NCBI RefSeq assembly: GCF_001194135.2 | Contig: NC_069007.1 | Location: 21,261,692-21,307,353, forward strand | Source of the DNA: Octopus bimaculoides | Lineage: Eukaryota | Length of the DNA: 45,662 bases | Reading direction: 5' to 3' | Made by a program: the position numbers and the translations under genes | In this document: positions 12,210 to 45,111 of the stretch, one piece after another | How the letters are laid out: each line of letters begins with the position of its first letter | Position numbering within the stretch: position 1 is the first letter of the stretch | Notes under the pieces: generated by a model | Database searches by the model: none | The model's input: the letters and a program-made list of their open reading frames with translations, nothing else | What the model was told of the DNA's origin: nothing

Positions 12210-13925
12210 TCAAAGGTCATCCCAATAGGGGTGAAGTGCTTTAACAAAATACTAGAGAAACATTTTAAGGGACAAGCAAGGATGCAGGAAATACTAAATT
12301 CATACCAGGCACAGCTTCCCTTAAATCTTTACTTCCTATCATTGATAATTCTTGCCCTTTGAGCCATTTAGGCTCAATATTTTGTGTCCAAACCAGCTAG
12401 ATCCAGCCTATCACACCTACCCTACAATGTCATTCTAAAAATAAACGCCTAAATATTCTACCTGTTTTATGTTAAATCTGGCCAGTTCTGGCGTCTCACA
12501 CCTAGCCTACAATGTCATTCAAAAGATAAACAGCCTCATCATCATAATCTTCAAGTTATGAGATAATTCAGGATTAATTCAAAATATCATCTTCATCGTC
12601 ATTTAACATCCATTCTCCATGTTGGCATGGGTTGGACAGTTTGAGGGCTGGCAAGCCAGAAGGCTATACCAGACTCCAATCTGATCTGGCAAAGTTTCTA
12701 CAGCTGGATGCCCTTCCTAACGCCAACTGCTCCAAAATTTAAGCAGTAACACAACAAAAGGACAAATGGAAAATTCTCACAAAACGGGACATTGAGAATT
12801 CCTCATCAGTCATCGTCCAAAAATCCTTACAATTTCACGCCTTTAACGACAATATTGTTCGCTTTTGGTGGCGTCAGCAGCAAGAAGCTGCTGGGAATAG
12901 CGAATGAACATTGGAGACGGTGACGAAAACAAACACGACACAAATGTGAATGTACAAACAAAATAAAATAAATGTACGTAGGTGCTGGCCTAGATGTGTG
13001 GTAAGAAGCTTGCTTACCAGCTACATGGTACCAGGTTCAGTCTCACTGCGTGGCACCTTGGGCAAACGTCTTCTACTATAGCCTCGGGTCGACCAAAGCC
13101 TTGTGAGTTGATTTGGTAGATGGAAACTGAAAGAAGCCCGTCGTATACATATATATGTGTGTCTTTGTATCTGTTTGTCTCCACATCACCGCTTGACAAC
13201 TGGTGTTGGTGTGTTTACGTCCCCATAACTTAGCTGTTCAGCAAAAGACACCGATAGAATAAGTACTAAGCTTAAAAAATAAGTCGTGGGGTGGATTTGT
13301 TCGACTAAAAGCCTTCAAGGCGGTGCTCCAGCATGGCTGCAGTCAAATGGCTGAAACATGTATAAGAATATAGAAAAAAGAAAGAAGGACTGGAAACGAT
13401 GGAAAACCAGAACAAAAGAGGGGGGAAAACGAATGGTAAAAGGAAACATTGAAAGTAAGGAAGGCGAGACACACACATAACTAAACACTGGGGTTTGACT
13501 GTTGTTTCATTAATGGAATTACCCACTCATAGAATATAACGTAATCTTCAAGAAGTATTAGCGAGACACTCTGGTATATAACAAAGGCGACCTATTGAAC
13601 CAGTATTTCCTTGGGCGCAACTGTCCCTTTACGAGGTTAACGTATCCTCTAATAAAATTTAATAACTACACATATATATATATATATGTGTGTGTGTGTG
13701 TAGGAAGAGTGTTTCTTTGTGGGATATGAACTCCTGACGATATATATATAATGTATTGAGCTGTGATAGAATATTCAACAAAAAAAGTACTCCATCTGGT
13801 GAGAGATAAATATTATTTATTTAAAGGTCACAATGGTGATGCAAACAGGAAAAAACAGAACTCAAATTATGAGTATTTGTAAGTAAAAGTGACTCAAGGG
13901 CCGAGAGTTTCATGCGTTGTAATTA

Positions 13926-14155
13926 TTGGGTTGTCCGGAAAGTTCGTGCCGATTTGTAGTAGCTTACCTTTCCACTTACTTGCCATGAAACCACCTCAAT
14001 TCTGTGAAAAGGGTATTTTCAAGTTAAAGGAAAGATGGAGACGCATTGTGCAACAAAATGGTTCATATTTGGTTGATTAAAAATGTAATGGCAAGTATTT
14101 ATTGACCTTTTTCTTTTCTTTAAAAATATCGGCACGAACTTTCCGGACAACCCAA
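13926..14155 (+). mobile_element. Mariner-derived MITE / internal-deletion derivative
   Basis: Perfect 28-bp TIRs TTGGGTTGTCCGGAAAGTTCGTGCCGAT (13926-13953 / 14128-14155); TA on both flanks; remnant transposase C-terminus KPPQFCEKGIFKLKERWRRIVQQNGSYL. Confidence 0.9.
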
Positions 14156-14156
14156 T

Positions 14157-14202
14157 AGTTTGAGAAGTGCCAACGCATGAAACTCTCAGCCCTAGAGTCA
14201 CT
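14157..14202 (+). ncRNA. Candidate type I hammerhead ribozyme, U3-A8 core variant
   Basis: Helix I AGU/ACU; core UUGAGAA; helix II GUGC-caac-GCAU; GAAA; helix III CUCU-cagcccu-AGAG; GUC triplet (cleavage after 14199). Folded by eye. Confidence 0.6.
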
Positions 14203-14685
14203 CTGTTGTTTCTACTAAATACTAACATATATGTAATGTAATTTAATATAGTTCAATACAATCGTTAACACGCCAGGTAAAATGCTCAGACGGCATTTCG
14301 TCCGTCTATACATTCTGTGTTCAAATGCTGCCGAGGTCGGCTTTGCCTTTCGTCCCCACGGGTCGAGAAAATAAATACCAGTTGGACACTGGTCGGTTTA
14401 ATCGACTTACCCCCTCCCCAGAAATTGTTGGCCTTGTGCCAAAATATTTGAATCAATATTACACATACATACATACAAACAAACAAGTACCCTTACACAT
14501 ACATTAATACATTACAGAGCTGGTCTACCTACATACATACACATATATACAAATACGGTATATTTATACACACACATACATAACTATGTATGTGTGTATA
14601 CACACACACACACACATACAAACCAGAGAGTATACTCTCACATACATGCTTACAGAAGGTACGCACATACACACACGACACCATA

Positions 14686-14700
14686 CCACGTGACTCCAAT
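14686..14700 (+). promoter_or_regulatory. E-box (CCACGTGAC) plus CCAAT upstream of nanos
   Basis: Motif match 260 nt upstream of the ATG; no TSS evidence. Confidence 0.25.
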
Positions 14701-14956
14701 CGCTGAAGCTGTTAATGAAACTCTGGAAGAGAACGTTGCCTTTTAATTTGGAAGCCTTATCCAAGCTAAATATCTATATCCATATATATACACTCGACAT
14801 ATATATAATGTACAAGCATATACACACATGTATAAACCATTGTTCATAGACAAACTGTTTTGGTTGGCGAGAGGGCAGCAATAAACAGGAGCCAAAATAA
14901 TAATATTGTTATTCTTGGTTCGTGGATTTCTTCTTTCAGTTTTGCCTTTCAACACA

Positions 14957-15952
14957 ATGCACGCAGCAATTGATAGTACGACAACAATTAGATCGATAAA
15001 GGACGAGTCTGTGTTTTTTGGCGGGGTTTTGTACAACAGAAATAGCTGTGGTGGTGTTGCTGGGTCCGTCTGTAGTCATGTCCTTTTCTCGGAATCTTGT
15101 TGCTGTAAACCAAGTCAGATCGGATGCAAGTTGGAGGCCCTCTACTTTGATTTTACGGGGTCGGTTCTCGATGATCCTTTGCATGACACACGACTGAGAA
15201 GCATGGAGGAATTTCGTGAAAATGGTATCGACTGTTCCTTAAAAGATGTCCTGAACACACCAGAGAGAGATAATGGTCGAGCAACGGTCGCGATACCCAC
15301 CGACAGAAAAGGGATTTCCGTGCCCCACAATCGGTCTGCGACGACCAGATGTTCTAATCCCTTGGATAATCACAGAAGCAGCGGTATTGGCACGAAGAAC
15401 ATGAACCATATCAATGGTAACACTCAACTTTCTTTACTGGAAACTTCGTTGTCTTTGGAGAAAATGAAACTGGAGGAAACTTGGAACATTTACCAAAATA
15501 ACATAAGCAACAACAATAACTGTATCGACATAGATTCTCCTCCACACATCCGATACACAGAAACGAAGGATTTTCCCAACCATTTTATACCAATCTCGGC
15601 CAGCTGCACGCCTCTGGAAACCTACATAAATTTCAAGGAACAGAGGAAGAAGAAAAAATCTTTAAAGAACAATTTCTGCGTGTTTTGCAAGAACAACGGT
15701 GAAAATGCTGTCTTGTATTCCGGTCATGTTCTTAAAGACGAATTAGGCCGGGTCAGCTGTCCGGTCCTTCGTAGTTACACGTGTCCACTTTGTGGTTCGA
15801 GTGGTGACCGAGCTCACACAGTGCGTTACTGTCCGGTCGGTGCCTATTCAGCTGTTTGCACAACAAATTCTATGGGTACCAGAACCGTTAATGGCCCTTC
15901 TACGTCGCCTGCGGATAGCAACAAATATCTCAATAGCAACCACTACAACTAA
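14957..15952 (+). CDS. nanos: Nanos RNA-binding protein, about 331 aa from first ATG
   Basis: Tandem CCHC finger CVFCKNNGE...[37 protein letters not shown] (15677-15835). The start is uncertain: a splice acceptor TTCTTCTTTCAG ends at 14939 and the frame is open from 14906. Confidence 0.93.
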   Translation: MHAAIDSTTTIRSIKDESVFFGGVLYNRNSCGGVAGSVCSHVLFSESCCCKPSQIGCKLEALYFDFTGSVLDDPLHDTRLRSMEEFRENGIDCSLKDVLNTPERDNGRATVAIPTDRKGISVPHNRSATTRCSNPLDNHRSSGIGTKNMNHINGNTQLSLLETSLSLEKMKLEETWNIYQNNISNNNNCIDIDSPPHIRYTETKDFPNHFIPISASCTPLETYINFKEQRKKKKSLKNNFCVFCKNNGENAVLYSGHVLKDELGRVSCPVLRSYTCPLCGSSGDRAHTVRYCPVGAYSAVCTTNSMGTRTVNGPSTSPADSNKYLNSNHYN

Positions 15953-16814
15953 CAAGCAAAGATGTTTTTCAGCAGACAAAAATGGAAATAGCAGGGAGCT
16001 CCAATTCCGTTTGTAATTGAGGTAAAGAGAACCTTAAATTTAAAAAGAAAACAAAAAGGTATAGTCTAAATATGTCCCCTCCTTCAACCATCTTCAGTTT
16101 TTGTCTCCTATATTTTAAAAAGGTTTTTAAAGGGATTTTTATGACCATTTCATCCCTATTCTGTTTTATATTTCACAATGCATCAAGGACCCGCCTTGTA
16201 TGAAATATTTTTCAGTTTCCTTAAAGAGAAAATCATACACCTTTTTGCTATGGTTAAACTCTTGTCGAACGATGTTTCGAATCCCTGGCGGAACTATTCT
16301 CGCTAAGCAATAGCGGGTCCTTACAAAAAGCAAGAATTTCACTTTATTTCCATCTCTTAAAAAAAAAAAATGAAAAATCAAGATTCATTGCTTATTTAAA
16401 AAGGAATTAATATATATTCTTAAAAAAAAAAAAAACTTGATTTTAAATATGTTTTTAGTTGGTTTAATTTTTGACAAATTGAAAGACAAGGAATTTTTAA
16501 ACCAAAACTGAAAAAAAAAATTCAAAAGAAAATATATTTAATAATTTTTCTTTTTATATTTTATAATTTTATTTTACATATTCGAAAGAGAAGAGACAAT
16601 TGTATGTTTGTAAAGTAAAATACCATATTTGTGGTATTTTAATTACCTTGTAGAATCTAAAATATATAATTAGCCAAATTGACAACACAAACTTTATTAC
16701 AAACACAAAATGACAAATTGATTCATTTAATGTTACTTAGAATTAAGTCTTTGCGGTTGACAGAATACAATATTTCCGTTTGAATGTAGAGTGGGAACTG
16801 GTACGAATTGTTAA

Positions 16815-16820
16815 AATAAA
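16815..16820 (+). promoter_or_regulatory. Candidate nanos polyadenylation signal
   Basis: AATAAA after a U-rich 3' region containing TTTTTAT CPE-like motifs (about 16552-16566). Confidence 0.35.
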
Positions 16821-19274
16821 AGCCTAAAATAATAGACATGGTGCTTTTTTTTTGTTTAAATTTCTTCTGTCGTGGTCCACAATGTGTATTAGACTTCTAC
16901 GACCTACCCCGATGTCCATTGAATAGAAACCAAAAAAATCAAATGTCCAAGCGCAAATTTAATTCAAACTACGATAAAATAAAAAGTTAATGGAGCAAGC
17001 TAGTTTCTTGCAATCCTTGTTTGTTGGCACTCCGTCGCTTACGACGACGAGGGTTCCAGTTGATCCGATCAACAGAACAGCCTGCTCGTGAAATTAACGT
17101 GCAAGTGGCTGAGCACTCCGCAGACACGTGTACCCTTAACGTAGTTCTTGGGGATATTCAGTGTGACACAGTGTGACAAGGCTGANNNNNNNNNNNNNNN
17201 NNNNNNNNNNNNNNNNNNNNNNNNNNNNNNNNNNNNNNNNNNNNNNNNNNNNNNNNNNNNNNNNNNNNNNNNNNNNNNNNNNNNNNNNNNNNNNNNNNNN
17301 NNNNNNNNNNNNNNNNNNNNNNNNNNNNNNNNNNNNNNNNNNNNNNNNNNNNNNNNNNNNNNNNNNNNNNNNNNNNNNNNNNNNNNNNNNNNNNNNNNNN
17401 NNNNNNNNNNNNNNNNNNNNNNNNNNNNNNNNNNNNNNNNNNNNNNNNNNNNNNNNNNNNNNNNNNNNNNNNNNNNNNNNNNNNNNNNNNNNNNNNNNNN
17501 NNNNNNNNNNNNNNNNNNNNNNNNNNNNNNNNNNNNNNNNNNNNNNNNNNNNNNNNNNNNNNNNNNNNNNNNNNNNNNNNNNNNNNNNNNNNNNNNNNNN
17601 NNNNNNNNNNNNNNNNNNNNNNNNNNNNNNNNNNNNNNNNNNNNNNNNNNNNNNNNNNNNNNNNNNNNNNNNNNNNNNNNNNNNNNNNNNNNNNNNNNNN
17701 NNNNNNNNNNNNNNNNNNNNNNNNNNNNNNNNNNNNNNNNNNNNNNNNNNNNNNNNNNNNNNNNTATATTTAATGGGTTTCATGTCATTGGACTGCGGCC
17801 ATGCTGGGGCACCACTTTGAAGAGTTTTAGTTGAACGAATCGGTCCTAGTACTTCCCCCCCACCTCCAGTCTGGTACTTACTTTAGCCGGTTTTTTGTCA
17901 AACTGCTAGATTACAGGGACATAAGCAAACCAACACCGGTTGTCAAACGGTGGTGGTGAGGACAAGCTCAAATATATATACACACACACACACACGTCGG
18001 GCTTCTCTCAGTTTCCGCCCACCAAATCTACTCGCAAGGCTTTGGTTGGCCCGAGGCTTTAGTAGAAGACATTTACCTGAGGTGCTACGCAGTGGGACTG
18101 AACCCGGAACCATGCGGTTGGGAAGCAGAATTCTTACTCCACAGGGCATAGTATATTGCAGTGTTCCCGGATTTCTGAAAAGCCTGGATTAGAGGTCCGT
18201 TACTGTATTGTGTTCACTCATTCACTTATCGTCGTCGTTTAACGTCCGCTTTCCATGCAGGCATGGGTTGGACGGTTTGACTGAGGGGTGGCGAGCCAGA
18301 AAGCTACACCAGGTTTCAATCTGATCTGGCAGAGTTTCTACAGCTGGGTGCCTTTCCTAACACTCACTCGTGTTTGTGTGGTCCCTCCGCCATTGCTTGA
18401 TAACTGGTGGTGGTTTGTTTCCATACCTTTGACTTAGCAGTTTAGCAAAAGTCTACAGCTCCATGCCCTTCCTAATACCAACCACTCTATACAGTGTATT
18501 GGGTGCTTTTCATGTGACACCAGCACCAGAGTTTTTTAATTAGCACCTGCACTTTTTATATGGTACTGATAACATAATTGGTTAAATGAGCAACGAATTG
18601 ACTTATTATTATAAGTGAAACAGAACCAGTGTGTGTTTTTATTATTGTTGGCATAATGCCCCTCCCAAAATACAGCATTATATTTTTCAACACGAGTCCA
18701 TATCAAGAATCTTACAAACCAAAAGCAAATACTTGATTAATTTTTATGAACTTGTAAGGAAATAGCTGAGTAATGCAATGGTCAACTAGTTGACTAATAA
18801 GAAACTAAGTGAAACAGGGCCAGTATTAGCCATTATTGGCATTATGACCCTCCCAAAATACAACAAAATCTCTTTCAACACAAGATTCACATCAAGAATC
18901 TTGGAAATCGAATACAAAAGACGAAATTTTAAATAAAAGAACAGATCGGTTTTTTTTCATAAGAAAAATGTTTTTATTTGCTTTTAAATATAAAATACTT
19001 TATTTGTGAAAATATTTTTAAAACATTAACATGAACATTAAACAAACTCAAACAGTTCTTTTTGTGTACATATACATGTAGTGTGTGTGTATATGTAAGC
19101 TATACCTCTATATGCTGTTTGTAGTGTGTGCGCATATATGAATGTGTTTTCTGCCATTTGTGTGTTTGCATGTGTGTATGATGAGGTAGTTGTATCTGTG
19201 TATGTGTGAAGTGAGGGTCAGACCCATGCATGCAAGGGCAGGTGGACATTAATATGCTGATGCTATGTGTCTAG

Positions 19275-19600
19275 GGCAAAGGTAAGGAAACCCCCCTTGC
19301 AGTCATGAATGACCATAGGAAGTTACCCTCAGAGGCACAAATCCAGGAAAGGTTGTCTCATGGAAGGCCAGCAATCGCCCACCAGCCTTCCCTCTCCCCG
19401 CCACTGATGTTATCCAAGGGAAAGGTAAAGGGGCCGATACAGCTTGGCACCAGTGATGTTGCAACTCATTTCTATAGATGAGTGAACTGGTCCAAAGTGA
19501 AATAAAATGTCTTGCTCAAGAACACAACACACAGCCTGGTCCAGGAATCGAACTCGTTACCTCATGATTGTGAGCCCAATGCTCTAACTACTGAACCACA
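19275..19600 (-). mobile_element. tRNA-derived SINE family C (also about 31060-31390 -, partials at 11030-11240, 38640-38830, 41360-41560)
   Basis: Minus strand GTGGTTCAGTAGTTAGAGC...GAGTTCGATTCC, then TGTGTTCTTGAGCAAGACA; multi-copy. Confidence 0.78.
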
Positions 19601-20007
19601 CACGTGGAAGGTGTTTATAAGCCATTTAAGAAACACAAAAACTGACAGCACAGACTTTGGTCAGTGAACAGGTCACAGCCTCAAAGTGACGAAAATATTT
19701 TGACACAAATTAAATTTAAATGTTGAAGTGAATCTAACAGTTTTTGTGTTTCTTAAATGGCTTATAACCACCGTCCACGCTGCAATTGTTTTCGTCCCAG
19801 CACACGATCTCAGATCAGGTTGCTTGCTATGCAAGTACACCTCTATATGACACACACAAAAGTTTATGGAGTGAAGTATCATTATGCACATACTGCGAGC
19901 GTGTTGTAACACACCATAACATAATGAATTAAATGGCTGGCTGCATTTTTATCTGTTTATACAATGTATGAGTGATGCAAAAGCACACACACCACATTCA
20001 GCATGAA

Positions 20008-41951
<21,944 letters not shown>

Positions 41952-42053
41952 GGTTTGTTGTTGATCATCTGTGGACGTTATTGGGTAGGGATGAAGTCAT
42001 GCCTAATATTAAAAGACAAAATAGGGTAATAAAAAAAAAAAGAAAAAAAAAAA

Positions 42054-42207
42054 GGAGTGGCTGTGTGGTAAGTAGCTTGCTTACCAACCACATGGTCCCG
42101 GGTTCAGTCCCACTGCGTGGCACCTTGGGCAAGTGTCTTCTACTATAGCCTCGGGCCGACCAGTGGATTTGGTAGACAGAAACTGAAAGAAGCCTGTTGT
42201 ATATATG

Positions 42208-42240
<33 letters not shown>

Positions 42241-42427
42241 AAATGTTTGTATGTCTGTGTTTGTCCCCTCGAACATCGCTTGACAACCGATGCTGGTGTG
42301 TTTACGTCCCCGTAACTTAGCGGTTCGGCAAAAAGAGACCGATAGAATAAGTACTAGGCTTCCAAAGAATAAGTCCTGGGGTCGATTTTCTCGACTAAAG
42401 GCGGTGCTCCAGCATGGCCGCAGTCAA
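42054..42427 (+). mobile_element. tRNA-derived SINE family A (other copies about 5633-5995 +, 12990-13375 +, 17790-18140 -, 27590-27750 -, 39950-40290 -, 43190-43490 -, 45320-45662 -)
   Basis: A box TGGCTGTGTGG (from 42058), B box GGTTCAGTCC (42101-42110), body CTTGGGCAAGTGTCTTCTACTATAGCC, internal (TA)/(TG) microsatellite, 3' GCGGTGCTCCAGCATGGCCGCAGTC. Confidence 0.85.
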
Positions 42428-42856
42428 GATATGATTACTGGAAGTTAGAGATGAATTATTATTGATTCAAATTAATCTCAGGGTTAATAGATATATAACA
42501 AAACAAACACAACGCTTTCATTTCAACTAGATTTGTTTTGCCGACGCTATTCTGCACATGTGCCCATGTGATTGTCCACATTTCTTTTGCTGTCTTTTTT
42601 GTTTAGCCCCAGCTCAACCCGACAGTTGAAATTACGTATAAGCAATAATTACATTTATAGACCTTTGACAATATGTAACTTTATAACCAATAAATTATAT
42701 TGATATATAAATATATATATATGGAGATGCACTTGCATAGCAAGTGACCTGATCTGAGATCGTGTGCTGGAACGAAAACAATTGCAGCATGGAAGGTGTT
42801 TATAAGCCATTGTTACGGGGTACTGCTGCGTTTCGTACAGACCTGACAGTCTAGAG

Positions 42857-43130
42857 CAGGGGTTTTCAAACTTTTTGACTTGCGGACCCCTTTATATTTC
42901 AGGCTTTACCTTAGGGACCCCTTATAAACGCTTATGAAATTTATACATAAATATTTGCTTAAAATAACATATATTTTTGCATTTATTTATTTAACAGTAT
43001 TTAACAAATAGGTTTATTGTCAATTAAAAGATTTCGATTAAAAACCATATATAAAACCAAATTGCCCATAAAAAATATTTGCTGTCCACGGACCCCCTGT
43101 GGTCTGGGGACCACAGTTTGAAAACTCCTG
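42857..43130. mobile_element. hAT (Charlie-like) MITE, 274 bp
   Basis: TIR CAGGGGTTTTCAAAC / GTTTGAAAACTCCTG (14/15); exact 8-bp TSD GTCTAGAG at 42849-42856 and 43131-43138. Confidence 0.92.
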
Positions 43131-44883
43131 GTCTAGAGTGCTTCAGCTTTGAACATCCAGCTTCATCTTCTGGCATACCTTCTTTTGCCATGTTGAGGCA
43201 CAGCCTTGAATGGTTTTAGTCGAATAAATCGAACCCAATACTTATGTTTAAGCCTCGTACTTACTCTGTGTTTAAAAAGCCGAAAGCGCTATGTTACGAA
43301 GACATAAACAAATCAACAACGGATATCAAGCAGTTAAGGACAAATACACGTGTGTGGGATATCTAGATATCCCACACACGTTGGGCTTCTTTCAGTTCCC
43401 GTCAGTCGAATAGATTCCCAATGCATTCGTTGGCCCGAGTCTATAGAGGAAGACACCCGAAACCATGTGGTTGGGCAGCAAGCTACTTTATTTCATAAAT
43501 ATTTGCCATAAAGGCATTACAAAGAGGAGACAAACAAGGACAGACAAACATAAAAGGGGTGAAGAAGCTGTATCGATGAAATATTTACAATTTTAAATCT
43601 ATATATACAAAAATGAGAATGTGTGTGTGTGTGTGTGTGAATCCCTAAAACTCGAGAACTACGCAACCAATTTCATTCAAATTTTACAGATGCCCTACTT
43701 AGGGTTCCAGTTGTGTTTTAGTAAAAAAAAATTTAACTTCTTGCAGAGTTCNNNNNNNNNNNNNNNNNNNNNNNNNNNNNNNNNNNNNNNNNNNNNNNNN
43801 NNNNNNNNNNNNNNNNNNNNNNNNNNNNNNNNNNNNNNNNNNNNNNNNNNNNNNNNNNNNNNNNNNNNNNNNNNNNNNNNNNNNNNNNNNNNNNNNNNNN
43901 NNNNNNNNNNNNNNNNNNNNNNNNNNNNNNNNNNNNNNNNNNNNNNNNNNNNNNNNNNNNNNNNNNNNNNNNNNNNNNNNNNNNNNNNNNNNNNNNNNNN
44001 NNNNNNNNNNNNNNNNNNNNNNNNNNNNNNNNNNNNNNNNNNNNNNNNNNNNNNNNNNNNNNNNNNNNNNNNNNNNNNNNNNNNNNNNNNNNNNNNNNNN
44101 NNNNNNNNNNNNNNNNNNNNNNNNNNNNNNNNNNNNNNNNNNNNNNNNNNNNNNNNNNNNNNNNNNNNNNNNNNNNNNNNNNNNNNNNNNNNNNNNNNNN
44201 NNNNNNNNNNNNNNNNNNNNNNNNNNNNNNNNNNNNNNNNNNNNNNNNNNNNNNNNNNNNNNNNNNNNNNNNNNNNNNNNNNNNNNNNNNNNNNNNNNNN
44301 NNNNNNNNNNNNNNNNNNNNNNNNNNNNNNNNNNNNNNNNNNNNNNNNNNNNNNNNNNNNNNNNNNNNNNNNNNNNNNNNNNNNNNNNNNNNNNNNNNNN
44401 NNNNNNNNNNNNNNNNNNNNNNNNNNNNNNNNNNNNNNNNNNNNNNNNNNNNNNNNNNNNNNNNNNNNNNNNNNNNNNNNNNNNNNNNNNNNNNNNNNNN
44501 NNNNNNNNNNNNNNNNNNNNNNNNNNNNNNNNNNNNNNNNNNNNNNNNNNNNNNNNNNNNNNNNTATAAAATTTATCGACATAATCATAATGTACACCCT
44601 TGATAATCGACCTCTGCTAGGATTTATTTTAAAATATGTAACTTTCAGGATGTTATGATGAAAAAGATCGATGGGGCACTCAACTGTAGTTATGCCTACA
44701 ATTGTAGTAACTATGTCTGTTTACAAACATAACATGGTCAGTATAAAAAGGGCATTATAATAATGACTATCTCGACAGTAATAACGTTAACAATAAATGA
44801 ATTAAAATATAAATTACGCGAAGATGAAGGAAATATGACAAAAATTGCAAAAAGACATACGCAAGAATTATAAGACAGGAATT

Positions 44884-44928
44884 GCGGGAGAGATCTGCAA
44901 AGGCAAAACTTCGCGCGGCCAATGACGT
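44884..44928. promoter_or_regulatory. Candidate WRN promoter cluster: E2F-like, CCAAT and CRE-core motifs
   Basis: GCGGGAGA (44884), TTCGCGCG (44910), GCCAAT (44918), TGACGT (44923) in a CpG cluster inside AT-rich DNA, 3 kb upstream of the first visible WRN exon. Confidence 0.3.
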
Positions 44929-44946
44929 TGCTGTTAAAACCTGAAT

Positions 44947-45014
44947 TTAACGAAACGCAACAGTACCTTGTGACAATTTATTAACGAAACGCAGCAGTAC
45001 CCTGTGACAATTTA
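44947..45014 (+). repeat. Tandem duplication of a 34-bp unit
   Basis: TTAACGAAACGCA[A/G]CAGTACC[T/C]TGTGACAATTTA x2, 2 mismatches. Confidence 0.9.
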
Positions 45015-45111
45015 AATAAAATATGAACATATATATATATTCATAAAAAAAGAAGTTTGAAAACGTCAATATATATAAAAAATGAATTTTAATTTATAAT
45101 ATTGTCAGATA

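Noticed and set aside
12768-12810. CUGAUGA followed by a long hairpin on the minus strand
   Set aside because: No GAAA after the helix and no NUH/helix III, so it is not a hammerhead.
6618-15952. FMO and nanos nested within WRN introns
   Set aside because: WRN has a clear terminal exon with its stop at 20008, so the genes are convergent, not nested.
42054-42125. tRNA-like A/B boxes here and in other SINE heads
   Set aside because: No complete cloverleaf; they continue into SINE bodies, so no tRNA gene is called.
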